Origin: Anthoceros angustus
Taxonomy: Eukaryota > Plantae > Anthocerotophyta
Length of the DNA stretch: 64,000 nucleotides
Direction: 5' to 3'
NCBI GenBank assembly: GCA_010909165.1
Contig: VJWM01000222.1
Span: 62,001 to 126,000, forward strand
The position numbers and the translations under genes are program-made. The number at the start of each line of letters is the position of its first letter. Position 1 is the stretch's first letter. This document shows, piece by piece, positions 46,688 to 61,620 of the stretch. A model generated the notes under the pieces. The model made no database searches. It was given only the letters and a program-made list of their open reading frames with translations, and was not told where the DNA came from.

Positions 46688-49600
46688 TGTGTCTCTCTTG
46701 TGGACAATTTGAGGCTTTGAACTTCCGTGTGAGTAGATCTCACGCGAGGTTGGTTAGAGGCGATACGATCGGCATCAAAGCTGGTTCGATGCGTCTTCGT
46801 CACAGAGGCGGGAAGATCCACAGGTGGTCGAGGCGGGTGGCCAAGCTCCGTCACGGTGGGAGTGTTGGCATGCAGGGGTGAAGGTAGGAATTTCAGCGGG
46901 TGGGGTGAGGCGAGGCGGATCGTGAATCTTGGCTTTCCTTCTGTCCCTCCTTCAATGCCACGGGCGTGTTTCATTCCATGAGGAGATGCATGTGGCCCAG
47001 GGGTGAGGAATGGCTGTGAGAGAGAGAGGAGTTTATTTGTGGAGTGGAAGGTCCCAGGAGGCGGTTGAGTGTCTTGTTGTAAGGGGATTGCGTATCGTGT
47101 ATGGGAAGTCGGGAAATGATCGAGAAGAGTGGAAGTGAATGGTGGGGAATTGGCGGGGAAACTAGCGGGCGGAGTGAGGCGCCTGTGACATTGAGAGTCG
47201 TGGTGCAACCCTCGGAGAAGGATCCGATCATGATATCCTGAGAGAAGTAAAGGTACATGTGGGTGTGTGTATGTCCACTAAAGGACCCGGGGCCGGGTGA
47301 CAAATAGTCACCCAGCGACAGGCGGCTGGGCCAGGGCCCGCCCGCGATGGTTGAGCCAACCACTCGGTGGTTGAGGCCTTCCGCAGTGGTGGCGAGTCTT
47401 CCGGTGGTGGTAAGGTCTTCAGGTGGTGGTGGCAGGTCTTCCGGTGGTGAGTTTGGGCATGGTAGGCGGTTGCGGAGGTAGTGATCGATTGTGGTAGGAC
47501 TAGAGTCCATAGTTTTAGAACATCTTGACACAAAACCATTCCCTTGGGATGAATCCTAGGACTATAACGACATAGAGGGTAAATGTGGCCTCTTTGCGTC
47601 TTGGATGCAAAAACCCATTCCACATTTTGGGCGTTGCGGGGAATGACTAGCATCAAGGTTATGAGGAGACTAACCATAGCTTGGGTGTCTAGTTTGGAGT
47701 GTATCTAGTTGGGTAGATGGATGCCGCAGGTTGAGTCGGAGGATTGAGGAGTTAAGTCGGGACGGAAAGCCTCAAGAAACAGCGGCCAAGCGCTTGGAAA
47801 GGTTGAAAGGTTTGCAAGCGGGAGTTGAGAGGACTGGCCGGAAGGCACCCGGGAGGAGAAGGGTAAGGAATCAACGGGGGTGGGGTCCGATCTTGTTGGA
47901 GCAAGATCCCCAACCTGGACTTGGGAGTACCACGGCCAAGGAACCTCGGATCAATTCATCTTGACCTCTCTTCCGGTGTGTACGTTTGTGATCAATCAAC
48001 TTCCAGGGACGTTGTTGAATCAACCACGGTTGCGAATCGTACGATAGTCATGACCACTGCCGTCGATGGTCACCTGCTATGCAGATTGTATGGGGAGAAG
48101 GGTAGGGACCACGATGAATTTGTTGGCGTTTTGGCGGTGACATTTGCAAACCGAGGCGGGAGATGCAGTAGCGTCCAGTGTTCTATGGAGTTCTTGGGAG
48201 GTCCCGGCAAAGTGGTATGGTAGCGAATACCTCAAGTCGACCACACCTCCGCACCTTTGAAGAGTTAAAAACCATATGCCTTGAGGAGGTTTTGGGGAGG
48301 CAGCGTGGAGGATCGTTGTCCAAACTTGAAAATTGCTGAGAGGAAGGAAGGAAACCTTGCGGCGTATGTTGAGAGGTTTCCGACTTCTGCGATCAGTAGC
48401 CCTCATTGAGTTCGAACCCAATCGGTGGTTCGCTAAAGGCTGGGTTCTAAGATGGGGAGACACGTGAAAAGCGGAGAGTAAGGCAAGGCTATCAAAGGCG
48501 GCGCTAAATTATAACCAGCATGATATAAAGAGAGCTAAGAAGGAGGAGGAAGCCGGGGCAGGAAAAAGAAGGATTCCTCATCCTCCTCGGAAAAGTTCAT
48601 CGGTGAAGAGCTCACAAAGATTCCGAGAAGTTCCGGAGGAAGAAGCAGTGGCAGTTCGGAGGCGTCATTAGATGAGAGGCGCAGATGGAAAAAGAAAAAA
48701 TGAAGGTGCGGGACAACAAAGAGGTGGCAAGGGCAAACAGAAGCGATGCGAAAAGGGATGCGGGAACAAGCAAGGAGGGCCAGGGTGGCGGCCAAAGTGG
48801 AACAACGGAAACAAGATGGAGATGATGGCAAAATTTGAAATTCCATCTTAACGCGGTAAGGAACACGAGAGAAGGAGGCATCACGAGTCACAGGCTAACC
48901 TCTTACATTCAGCGTGTGGCCCAGGTCATTCAAAGGCTAAGCGCGGAACACAAGTGCATCACTCGGATATGAGGAGGAAGGAAGATACTCCCATGGAGGA
49001 TACATACCAAAGTCGGGAAATCTCAGTCAAACGGTGTGCAGAGACTATGTATCCCTCCAACTTCTTCTGAGCGTAGGCGGTTCGAAAGTGTGATAATAAT
49101 CGGTTGAGGCAACATCACATGCTACTGTGCTCGCAACCTTGGACACTATCATACTGCCTTAGCCAACTCGAGCAATGGAGATTTCGATAAAGCGTACCGA
49201 TTGCAAGCGGCGAGGGCATTTGGCGGAAGCGTACTCTGCCAAAACCCGGAAAAAGTCGAGGATGTGACCACCGGTGGCGGGGTTGGTTGCTCAGACCAAA
49301 TTACATGCCATGCATGTAGAAACGTTGATGGCTATGGGAGGCGCCAAGTTAAGACCCTAAGCTTAGAGGTTTAGATGCCACGGATAGTGTATGGGAGGCA
49401 TATACGCCATGGTTGTCGAGCAGCTCAAAAGCTAAGGAGAAGAGGCGTGGGGGAAAAGAAGGAAGGAGGATCGACCACGAGGTCGGATGAGGGGCGTTCT
49501 CGGGCGTCAAGCGAAATGACAAAATTTGCGAAGCGGCGTTCGGTGGAGCGGACCCAAGCGCCGGCACTTTGGCGGACGAACCAAGCGGCGAGGAGTGAAG

Positions 49601-51690
49601 TGCGTGTGAGATCTGAGTGTTCCGGTGGGCGAGGTGCAAATTCAAAGCGAGGGAAAGGAATTGCTGACGGACATAGTTAGAAACTTTACAAGCTCCGGGC
49701 GCAGCGGAAAAAATGGGTTAGGATTTCCACGGACGTGCGGGAAGAGGTTATGGATATGATCCGGAGGAGGCGGTAAAGGCCAAGGTGGTAGGCGGAGACG
49801 GTTTCAATGCTACCCACAGTCCGCCACCCACACAGGAAGCCGTACCTCGAAGCCCTAGCAGTTGGAATCTACAACCAACGTAAACTCAGGCGGAGAAGCG
49901 GCGAGGTGTTTCCTTTAACTTGGCGGAGGCCATCATGGATCGGCATTTTATGATCACATTGGACAACTCCTTGAGACAACCCACGGTATAGGCGGCGGTC
50001 GAGGAGGGCATTGAAGGAAGCCCGGCCAAGAAAATGCCCTTCTAAACGGGTCCAAGACCACTTCTTGTCAACCTAGTATCCATGGTTGACCAGGACGGCG
50101 GAACTCAGTGAGATCGCGGGTCATCATAAAGGGGTACCTCTCACAGGTGTGAATACCATGTGCGGAGAAGCGGCGGAAAAATTGGGGTTGGAAATCGAGC
50201 AGAGGCAAGGTTTTGCGTTTGCGGATATGTCGAGAATGGTGCGATGGGAGGAAGGCGGTGTGTTGCGATCATTGGAACCATTCCCTATCTAATGGATTAT
50301 GTAGTCATCGGCACAAAGTCGCGAGGTATAGTGTCTTAATTGGTGAACATGGATGTATGGATCTCAATGCTGCGCTCAAATGGGGAAGAAAGGAATTGAT
50401 TCAAACCAATGGAATGGGATCTAAGACCAAGGAAGGTAGGATTGCCTAACACTTTGGAGTAAGGACATGTCTGTTGGCAGACTGCGAAGCGGAAGGATAC
50501 ACCTCCGAAGACACGTCGGGAAGCGGAACAAGAAGACAAATTTCCTTTCGCACATCTCATGGTGCGGCGAGGAGCAGGATTATCGCGAGATATTCCTTGC
50601 GATCAATCAATTGTTTATGGGGTAATAACCTGCTGGGAATTTGATGAAGGAGGGAGAAGCGGGAACAAGCGGATGAGGAAGAAAGCAGGCCTCACGCGTT
50701 TCACCTCGGAGGATCTGTTTGAAAGTGGGGCATGCGAGAAGAATAGGGAACGGAAGAAGGGTTTTGGAATCGAGTTCCGCACCGATGGGCGTGAATGGAG
50801 TGGAGATGAGGTTAAGGATGTTGAGGTTCTTCGGGAAAGTACTCAAATTCTCAGAACAATGGATGAAGTGCTTGAAGAGGGATGAAAGCACTTGCAATTC
50901 ATTGATGTCTTTGCCTTGGTGGCCGATATGAAGGTATTCCCAAGGAGTGGGGTGAACATAGGATCGACTTGGAACACGGGAGCAATCCGATGAGGATTCC
51001 ATGATTACAAGTTAAATCAGTACTCCCTTGAAGGTCAAAGGATCGAGTTGGTAGTATCTCAAGCGGATGTAATCTATCCTATAGTCAATACCGAATGGGT
51101 GGCTCCGTGTAGTGGTCCCGAAGAGCGACCCGGGGAAAGATTCGGGGTTGCCAAGACTAGCGAAGGTTGAATAAGGTCACCAAAAGGATCATTTCCCATT
51201 GCCTTCATCGATAACATCCTTGGATGCAGTCGTGGGATGGCGTATTCCTTTTTAGATGGGTATTTAGGCTATAACCAGCTGCATCTCCGGGAAGCGTGTG
51301 GCCAACATAGGAGCATATGCCTACAAGCGGTGCATTCGGGTTGTGAGGCGCTGGGTCTTTCATCGAACCATCGTCAAGATCTTCAAGGACTTCCTCGGGG
51401 ACTTTATGGAAGTTTTCTTGGGCGACTTTTGCGTGTTTGGGCTGTGAAGGACCATCTAGTATGCACCGGAGTGTGGAGCGATGTCGAGCCACTGCAGTTA
51501 TGTTTGCATCGAGAAAAGTGCTATTTGGCATGTCGGAAGGAATCATCTGTTGGGACATGAATTTTCGAGAACACGGTATAGAGGTTGATCCGACAAGGTC
51601 AAGGTCATAGCCACTCTAAGCTCCAACTGCAGGAACATTGGGTTCCTTGGGATGGTCGGAGTCTGACCGTTCCAAATTTTGCGAGCAGGT
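46688..51690 (+). mobile_element. Family 3 Athila-like element, mirror copy
   Basis: LTR 46688-47624, PBS 47628. RT: KDHFPLPFIDNIL..MAYSFLDGYLGYNQ...FMEVFL.DF.VF...HREKCY (51180-51660). Confidence 0.8.
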
Positions 51691-53670
51691 GCTCCACTAG
51701 CGAGGTGGGCGAGAGGGCCCCAGCATTGGGATTCTCAGTCCCATACTCGGGACAGCCGGTGGAGGCTCAACAAGAACTCAGCGGTCCCATACTCGGGGCT
51801 CAGAGGAATCTCGGCCTTGGCCCTCAGCAGTCCACACACAGGGCCCGCTGATCCCAATGCGAACACCTTGACTCCATGCCAAGGACTGAGGAGAAGCCCA
51901 TCATCGGGCCTCGCGATCCCACACTACAGCAGTGAGTGGATCCCACATGGGCAGCCTTACGGCGTTTGGTGGGTATTGCCCACCACCATGGACCATGTTC
52001 GATGGTGGGAGTGGCAGGCGAGCCACCCAGCCATGAGGAGGGCCAGCCACTTGGGAGCGGCGCACCTATGCTTCCAGTAGCTACTCGGGAGCACCCCCGC
52101 ATTTAGCCCTGTCGCATGAATGTCTTGCAGTGAGCAATGCCATGAGTGGACAATAGGAAGGCCATGTCACGGTGAATGGCTATGCTCCCAAGCTTGTGCT
52201 CTTGGACCACGAGGAGCGCAGTGATCGTGATCATTGGCAAGGCTCTACTTGAGGTTGAACTTGCGAGGCGACACTCCGCCATTCACCACAGGAACATCGG
52301 GCAGCCTCTGCAGCTATGGAACTGTGTGTGGGAGAGCTGTTCAGCCAGCAGCCATCACGCTCAAGCAGGACGGCCAGCTGCCATGACATTGGCCATTCAT
52401 TGCCTTGTCACGGCGCTAACTTCTGATGTCCTTCTCGGACGGGGTTTTTGTTTCCACCGGCATCAGCGTGGACAATTGGGCGAGCAAGCTCACTACTCCG
52501 ATTGGCGTAGTGGAGGTCGACAAGTGGCGCACTTTCCTTGAATACTGCATGGCGGATTGGACAAAGTCGCCCTTTGTCCTGGCTACTCAGTCCTTATGGC
52601 GACCATTGAGGTTGTCCCAGTGCTCGGCGGCGGCCCGGCATTTGGTGACATCTTGGAGCTTGCGACTTGGATCGAGATCACGAGGCCGACCATTTTGATC
52701 ACGTGACTGCTAGGAGACACTCCACCATCATTCAAAGTGTCCAGGCTGGTTCAGCAAGCTCTTCCACAGTGCAGCAAGCTCTGCAGCACTCCCCTTGGGC
52801 GGGAGCTGCACCTTCCACCACAATGAGCCGGCGGATCATCACGTGGTGAGCGCCACCTCGGCATTACTTTCTTTGGGCCTGGGGGCATTGCCTGGTGCAG
52901 AGGCCCTTTTTCTGAATGGCATCTTGGTCGATCGTTACATTTATTGTGACCATTGTCCCAAGGCGCAATGCATTCTTTGCTTTTCCTTCGGGGAGGCTGT
53001 GACGTGATTCCCTTCACTACTTCCGCCAATGCTATCGGGCACCTTTTCTGATGCCCAAGACATCCAGTGTTGCCGCCACATTCAGCTCCAGCCCCATCCG
53101 CCGTGATTGCGGGATGGGAATGCGAGGATTTTCTCAAGCCGACACAGGAGGATTACAAGACCCGCGAACATGTTTTGGGACCTTCACGCATCTTGGTGGA
53201 TGTTCAGCCACTTCAGCCATTGCTTACTATTTGGAGAGAACACCTCGGCGGTGGACACTCGGTACAAGTTCGCCAAGACATGGCCATCATCCGGCGGCGT
53301 AGGCACGCCCTTGCTCATAGATCTTTATCGAGTTGGCGGTTCGCTCATCGCTGCGAAACTATTGGACCAACGGCCCCTCAACCTTTGCTAGAGTTGGTGG
53401 TCACCCGCTTTTCTCGGGACCCCACTCTCAAGCTCTCCGTGTTGGACCCTTGGCATCGGCCACGGGCTGTGCAGTGCGGCGTGCACCTTAGTACCGCACC
53501 AACATGCGGGGCGGGCGGCGACCCTTCCACCTAGTGAGCTTTCACGGCTCCCTATGCCTACGAGGGGACAAGGCGGTGCACTGTTCAACTTGACAACACC
53601 CACCGGTGGGAGGGCCCAATGTGGAGGAGGCGGGAGGCGTCATGGGTTTCCACACCCATGCCCTTCTTGT
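51690..53670 (+). mobile_element. Family 2 fragment D (mirror of C): linker, protease, methyltransferase
   Basis: FLNGILVDRYIYCDHCPKAQCI (52905-52975), VIAGWEC (53103-53123), AHR.RNYWTN, GFHTHA. Confidence 0.85.
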
Positions 53671-53671
53671 C

Positions 53672-56600
53672 GTGAGCGTGAAAAGTTTGGGACTACGGTG
53701 TCCCAGTATGCTTGTCCGGGGCAACTCCACCAATCTTAATGAGGACTATGGGTGCCTTGTCCCATAGGACGATCTGGCGATCCCATGTGGGCCATGTCCC
53801 AAAGCTGGGGCAGTCCGGCGATCCCATTTGAGGCTGCCTTGTCCCAATGGGGTCCCCGATCGCTATGGGGCCACCATGTCCCATCTGGGGCAGTCCAATT
53901 GCAGCTGCCACCCTGCCAGCCACTTATCGTCACTCCGTGTCGGGGCTCTGCTTTGAATGGGGCCAAAGTTTGCAGTCCAGTATGAGTCATACAAAGGTCC
54001 CCTTGCAAAGAACAAAATATCTTTGGGAGCATACTGCTCCTAAAAGGATCCGCAATGGCGAGAATCACGAGATTTCTTGAAGATTTCTTGGCCAGCCGAG
54101 TTTCTTGTTGAGAACTTCGAGCCGCCTTGTAGGAAGGCTGAGCAAAAACACCAGATCTAATCGATCTTGGATTTCCAGTTGCAAGGGTTCACAAAGTGCT
54201 TTCCTCCCTAACAGTGGCTCGAGGCGATTTGAAGACTACCCTCATTCCTTGCCCCACGGTCCTCATTCCGCTCGCCATCATCTCCACGCTCCGCCCGGCT
54301 CGATTCCCAGCTGATGTTTGCGCCATGATGCAAGCAACCCTCACGCTTGGTGGTGCTCCTCCCACGTTGATCGGTGCCTTGTTTGGGTTTGGGTCGGTTT
54401 GGTTTCACACCTAAACTAAGTGGCTTTTCTAGCCTACCTAGTTATCCGTTCATAACGGATCTATTTCCTATAACTAGTATTTAAAGAAATGAATCCTTGG
54501 ACTATGGGCCAATCAAAATAAAGGATATGTTTTCATGTCCTTGGTTAATGAAAATGCCTAACCAAGCGTAGTATATAAAAGCAAGCATACATCGAGTTCA
54601 CATTCTTTGCATGTGTACCTTAGTTCTTGTGTCTTGACGTTGGGCTGGTGGCTGCGGCAGTCCCGGTCCATGTGGGGCGCCCGTCCCGCCTGGGCCCGGT
54701 CGGCTATCCCGGTTATTGGGACTACCATGTCCCCAGTGGGGCGATCCGCTGTCGGTGTGGGGCCATGTCCATGTCAGGCCGGTCTTGGCAACCTCGGCGG
54801 TATCGTGAGCGTGAAAGTTTGGGACTACGGTGTCCAGTATGAGCTTGTCCGGGCAACTCCACCAATCCAGCTTGAGGACTATGGGGCGCCGCCTCAGAAC
54901 GATCCCGGTCCGGTGGGAGCCATGTCCCAAAATGAGCGATCCTCCGGCAATTTTAACTGTGTCAGCCATGTCCCGCGATCGGCTATGGCGCCATGTCCCA
55001 TAGTGATCTGGTTGCGCTTCCTTGCCTCCTCCCCACTTATCATCACTCCGTGATTCGGGAAGCTGCGAATGGGCCAAAGTTTGGCGATCCAGTATGAGTC
55101 CCACAAGGTCCCCTTGCAAAGAACAAATATCTTTGAGAGCATCTCCTACCCCAGCCATTGAAGCTTGTGTGCCCAATCTTTGAGGCTGCCGGAGGCGACA
55201 CATTGTACCACGCACCTCGGAGAGAGGCGGTACCAAGCAAAATAGGTGGTATCCGTTGCGGTGGTCGCCTGACATCAGTCGTCATCCTCCCGTCGCGCAT
55301 GGGTAATCAGCGGAGGTACCCAATCACGGTGACAATGGTTGGATCGAGTTGGGCAAATGGCAAGGCGCACAATTTTTCATGTGATCCTTGGTGGTACGTC
55401 CATCCTTGTAGCACTAGCACACCATTCTCCTTGACCTCACGAACTAAGCACATGTCGTGGTGGTGGTGTCAAGGTGTCTCCACTTGCAAGTAAACAAAGT
55501 CCCACAGAAATTTCTTGAGCTTGGGTGCAGGCGCGGCTGCAGTGTGGGCATATCTAAGGGTGTCCCGATGTTGGGCAATCCTCAAATTAGCCATGGCCAT
55601 CGGCATGGCTTGCCGCTCAATGGCAACCTGACTAATGTTGCCCAAATTCTTTGGATCATCGGATCCACTACCTCATAGAGTTGCTTGGCAATTGAGCTAG
55701 GCGGCATGGGTTCCCTCCCAAAGCAGCAAGTAGGGACTGAAATGTGCCAGGAGGCATGCCGACTCATACGGTAGCCATGGCGATGTAAGGAAGAGCCAAG
55801 TCCACTCTCTTTGGCATTTGAAGGCGAGCTTCCTTAGACCCTTCTTGATGGTACAGCCATCCGTTGGGCCATCCCGAGGATGGTCTCGGCTGGTCTGCGA
55901 TGGTCGATGGTAGCTGCGTCTAGCGGTCTTGGAATTCCCTCGAATTCGGACCACGATCCGTCAAGCACTCGACTCCCAAAGCGACTCGGCACATTTGAAG
56001 AAAGGCACGGCGGTGCTTTTGGAGCTCTTGTCGTGAGCCACCACCTCTACCCACTTGGAGAAGTGCTCCATCATGACGAGAATGTACGTTCCCTCGTGGT
56101 GTCTTGGGTAGTTCACCCAACAAGTCACAAGACCACCTAAAGAACGGTCCCATGATAGGCAAAGGTGCAGTGAGGGTTACGGATGGTGAAGGAGGTCTTC
56201 ACCACATGTCGATCCTTGCAGGCCACTGTGTTTGACTTGGGCGTACATCCCTTGCCAATGGAAATGTGGGAGGAGCAAGCGTAAGTCGCTTGACTCCAAA
56301 ATGGCCCATGTCGTGCACTCGGCGGATCAGCTGCTCCCTATCGGTGGTGGCACCAATCGTTCCAGCCCATTGGTCAGCCTCCTCGGCAAATGCCCATCAC
56401 GCCATTGATACTTGGGCCTGGCGAATTCTTTCTTGCTCAGCGTGCTCAATGGCTGATCAAATGTTTGGACAAATAGGAGAGTTTGAGTCTTCCCGGATGT
56501 CCTTGGACCTCTGTCCCCGACATATGTGCTCAATGCTGGGCATCCCATACTCGGGACGATCACCCGCTTGTCAAAGCCACCATCAGCCACCACATGCTGC

Positions 56601-59600
56601 GGATCTCCATCATCTTGGTCTGTCGGCCTAACATCTTCGCAGCTCTTGGGATTAGAGAGAGTGTCCAGCGTTTTGGTGTGTGACTCGATTGACCACTTGA
56701 AATTCATAGTCTGCAAGATCATGGCCCACCTTGCAAGCTTCCCTCAACTTGGTGTTGGTCATCAGCCATTTGAGGGCTGATGGTCGATGACTAGCGTGAA
56801 GGGCTTGCCATACAGTGTGGCCTGAAATGACAAAGCCCTTGTCTGTGACTAGACACTCCCTTGGTAGCTCATGGTTGGCTTCAACACGATTGTTGCTGCG
56901 TGAAGCATCGCAACCACCCGTTCCTTTCCATCTTCATCTTGTTGGGCTAGCCCTAGGCCCAAGATGCTCCATCCGTATGTACCACAAGCGGCTTGGAAAG
57001 TCAGCCATGCGGAGCTTAGTCAAGCTCGGTTTCAGCGTGTCAGCTTGCTGGGTCTTCTGTCCAGGCCCAAACAACATCCTTCCGACAAGTCATTGACAGC
57101 TTGGCGGTGAAGTCCGAATGTATACTCATTAATAGTTGCATAGGCGAGGAAGCTCGCAGGCGAGAGGTTTGTGGGCTCGCACCTGCAAGATGGCCTGTAC
57201 CTTGGCAGCATGAGGCATTACGCCGCCGAGCACAACCCTGACCAAGGTATGCCACGGTGTCCATGCCAAATTCACACTTGGCGGGTGACATGTCAGCGCC
57301 CAATCTCTTGAGCAGATCTTCCGGTGCACCAAATGAGACTCAAAGTCCTCATGTGGACAGGACATCATCAATGTAGCACATGAGGTTCTTGAACACCGCA
57401 AGTACTATGTCCATTCTGGCTGGAAGTCACGGCGTTCTTGAAGCAAAGGGCATCACCAGCCATTCCCACAGCTGAGAGCCGTGGAAGGCTGTCTTCTTGA
57501 TGTCCTCTTCAGCAGCACTGGTTGAAGCCTTGGCCTTAAATCAAAATCGAGAAGTAGGTAGACTTGCCAATGTTGTCGAAAATCTCCTCCGGCGTTGGCA
57601 TGGGGTGCGATCACAGGCTGTCAGCGTTGATAGGACGGTAGTCTCCGCATCCTCTTCTCTGTCCACATTCCGTTCTTTGTCCTTCTTGGGAGGCATCACA
57701 TGGCGGCATAGTCGGGCTAGAGGGCGAATGAGCCCGGCTTCAAGCAACTCTTGACATGCATCCACCATGTCCCACTCGGTTTTGCTGAGCCTGCGCCTCA
57801 CAGATGGGCTCCTTGCTGGTCAGATTGATGCGGAAGGTGGTCACATTCGCTTCAATTCCCGCATGGAGGCAAAAGCGATCACGGTATTGGAGCAAAGGGC
57901 ATGTATCGTGCTTTACACTTGTTGTGAGTTGGGGCCCCATGACCCAAAGTCTCGACACATAAGCGAGGCTTGGGTCTTGGTATGAATTAAGTCCCTACTC
58001 GGGCATCCCATACTCGGGGCGATCCCATACTCTGTCCCAGTTGACTTCCCATGTCCACGAGCTTGATGCGAGAATCTGTTGGGATGGCCATGCCACTGCT
58101 CCCCACACATCAAGCCAATATGACGGTGGTGTATCCGGGAAGGGCAAATGGGCGTCGGCAGCATGTGGGAAAAGGACCTCGGGCGGGTGGGAGCTCAGCG
58201 GGAATGCCAACTGAAAGGCCGGACATATGCTGATGAGCCAAGTGAGGGTGACAGATCCATAGCGGCCCAAGGCGGCCGGCGGTGACACTCGGTAACTTAG
58301 GGGCAGCGGTGGCATGGGTGTGGAAACCCATGGCGCTCCCGCTCCTCCACATTGGGCTCCTCCCAGGTGGGTGTTGCTGTTGAATAGCAGACCTGCCCTT
58401 GTCCAGGCATAGGGGCCGGAAAGCTCACTAGGGTGGGAAGGGTCTGGGCTGTCCGGCGTGTTGTCTTGATGCAAGGTGCAGCTCGGCACATCACGGCCGT
58501 GGCGATGCCAAGGTCCAACACATTGGAGAGCTTGAGAGTGGGGTCCCGAGTAGTGCGGGTGACCACCAACTCTAGCAAAGGTTGAGGGCCAGTTGGTCCA
58601 ATAGTTTCGCAGGCGATGAGCCGCCAACTGGACAGCATCCATGAGCAAGGGCGTGCCCACATGCTGCTGGATGATGGCCATGTCTTAGCGAACTTGCCGG
58701 CCGAGTGTCCATTGCGGGGTGTTCTCCGGCAAGTAAGCGCGGCCAGTGCTGAACATCCACCAAGATGCGGTGAAGGTCCCAAAACAAGGCGGTTCGTGGA
58801 TCTTGTAATCCTCCCCTGTGCCGGCTTGAGAAAATCCCTTGGCATTCCCATCCGCAATCACGAAGTGGATGGGGCCCAGATGTGGCGGCTGAGCTAGCTG
58901 GATGTCTTGGGCAGAGAAGGTGAGATAGGGAATGGCGGGGCGGTACAGCGGTTGGGGAAGCCGCGCGATTGACGATCATGTGCCGCCTGACCTGATCCGC
59001 ATAAGCCATTCCAGCAATGCCTTCAGCTCCGCCTCGGCCCACCGTTCCAGGTAATGCTGAAGCCGTGGCGGTCCAGGATGACATCTTGCTCAATGTGGAG
59101 GATGCTGTCAGCTGATTGCTGCAGCTGCACTCGTGGAGAGCTTGCTGAACCAGGTCGGACACTTGAATGATGGTGGAGTGTCTCCCAAACCTGTTGTGAC
59201 CAAATGGTCGGCCTCCTGATCCAAGTCATCAAGCTCCAAGCTCCGATGTCACTCAAATATGGCTGTGTGTGAGCACCGGGGCAGCCTGAATGGTCGCCAT
59301 AAGGACTGGAGTAGCTGGGGCGGTGGCGACTCGGTCCAATCCGCCATGCAGATTCAAGGGAAAGTCGCCGCTTGCGGCCTCCACTCGCCAATCGCGATGG
59401 TGAGCTTGCTCTGTCAATTGTCCACGATGCGGTGGAAACAAAAACTCCATCCGAGAAGGACATGTGTAGTTAGCATTTGTCGTGACAAGGCAATGAATGG
59501 CCAATGTCATGGCGTGGTTGTCAGGCTTGAGCGTGATGGCGTGGTGAGCGGTCTCTCCACACAGGTTCCACAGGCGCGAGGCTGTCACGATGTTCGGGGT

Positions 59601-61620
59601 GAATGGCGGTCGTTCCCTGCAAGTTCAACTGGGCGAGAGCCTTGCCAATGATCACGGGCATGCCCCGTGTCCAAACACAAGCTTGGGAGCATAGCCATTC
59701 ACCGTGACATGGCCTTCCCTATTGTCACCATGGCATTGCTCACTCGCACATTCATGCGATTGGTGGGCTGAATGCGAGGTGCTCCGAGTACTCCCTTGGG
59801 GCCAGGCGCGCATCGCCTCAAGTGGCTGGCCCTCCTCATGGCTGTGGGTGGCCTGCCACTCCACCATCGTAACATGGTCGATGGTGGTGGGCTCAACTGA
59901 AACGTCAGTGAGGCTGCCCATGTGGGATCCACCGGCAATCCCGGGCGAGTATGGGGCAGAGTCCCGATGGGTTTCTCCTCGCGGTCCTTGGCATGGGCAT
60001 GAAGGTGCTTGGCATTGGGGCTGCTGTCGTCCAGTGTGGGGCTGAGGACCAAGGCTGAGATTCCCTCCAGTATGGGATGAGTCTGTTGAGACTCCTATCC
60101 CGGTATGGGGTGGAGAATCCCAATCTTGAGGCCCTCGGCAGTTGAACATGGAGCTGTGGTGTGCAGCTGAGGTGTCCCCAGCAGCCCCATGCATGTGGGA
60201 TTGGGTGTCCGGCTGGGACTCTCCGGGATCCGAGTATGGGATAGCCGGAGACTTATGTTGCCAAGCCCAGCTGCAGGGAGATCAAAGGAGTCTCCAACAC
60301 CTTGCATGATCAAGGTGTGTCCGGTGGTAGATCTTGCGCAGTGCCCATGACTCGAATGTGGAGGCTGCTCTCGGCGCTCCATCCAGTGATCCATCCAGGC
60401 AGGATGGCCACGCCCGGAGCAGGGCAAGGATCTAGGCATGGCAGCCCTCGCCCTCTTGCCGGATCGGCGTCCCGCAACATCCAAATGTGCCTTCTTCAAG
60501 TCCTACACCATGTGGCGGGTAGGACTAATCGGCGTGGAATCCACAAGGCGATGGACAGTACAGGCCTCATGTGGCGGCCATAATCCTCCTCTCCCTCCTC
60601 AAGGGTGCCAAAATGGGCTGTCCGGCGGGCTTGGAGGTGGAGGTGCTGCCAGCTGGGCTCCCTAGGCGGGTAAGTGCTGCCACTGCTGCCTCCAATGCGG
60701 CAATCTTGTCGTTAGCCGCACTCCCTTGGCCCCATTCATTGTGATCGCCCTTGCCCTTGACGCAGTGGCTGTTGTGAGTCCAGTGAAGGTGTGGGTGTCC
60801 TTGCGATATTTGCGCTCGGATGCTGTAACCAAATGGCCAGTCTTGTTGCAATGGGAACAATGCAAACCTTCCACGGAAGCTTGCCTTGAGCCAAATGATC
60901 CGGGCTGCCACGATTGCACTTGTGGAGGTGGCTGCGGCTGCTGACTTGATTGGCCTGGCTGAATGGGCTTGAAACCCCTGATCCCACGCCTCCGGATGTG
61001 TTCCCTTGCTGGAAAACATACTTTGATAGTGCGTGAAGGCCTTGGAGTGTCGAGAAGCATACGCTGGCGATTTCCTTGCGCTCCGCTTCTTCATGGACTG
61101 TTCAGTCTGTCCCCATACTTGTCCACCAAAGAGGTGACAAGTTGAAAGTGGAACAATGGATCTCCCTCCAACGTGAAACTTCTCGCCTCTTGGTCGATCA
61201 ACATCCGTGCCCTCGCCACGGAGCTGCGAAGGTCATCTGGACGATCTCACCCTTCTTGCGAACTGGCTAGCTCGCTATTTTCTCAGGAGTCTTAAGTGAA
61301 TGCCTTCTCGAGGATGGCCATGAACTCCTCCACGGTTGGGTACTTGGGAGTTTGGATGAACTCGGGACCCCCGTGGCTGCCACCCTCGTGACAATCGGAC
61401 TCACGGATGGTGGGCTGGGCGGTGGCGCGCTCAGCGGCAATCTTGGCACGGTGGGCACTCCGGCCGTTGCCAACTTGCCGTTGTAAGCAAGCTGCACTCC
61501 TTAGCGATTCACGTGGAGATGGTAGAAGGACAAATCGACTTGATGTGCCTCATACAAATCCAGCGCCTCGTCCAGCCAAGTAGCTTGAAAGTTGTTCAAA
61601 CATGCTTGGTGATTGTGTGG
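53672..61620 (-). mobile_element. DNMT/PHD Gypsy family 2, copy E (mirror of A) with tandem LTRs
   Basis: LTRs 53672-54031 and 54805-55141, PPT 55142-55152, PHD about 55190-55310, IN about 55700-56330, RH about 56650-57010, RT about 57050-57860, methyltransferase about 58230-58900 (GLQDPRTALFWDLHRIL, RLRNYWTN, GFHTHAT), protease about 59350-59780, Gag about 60640-61610. Confidence 0.85.
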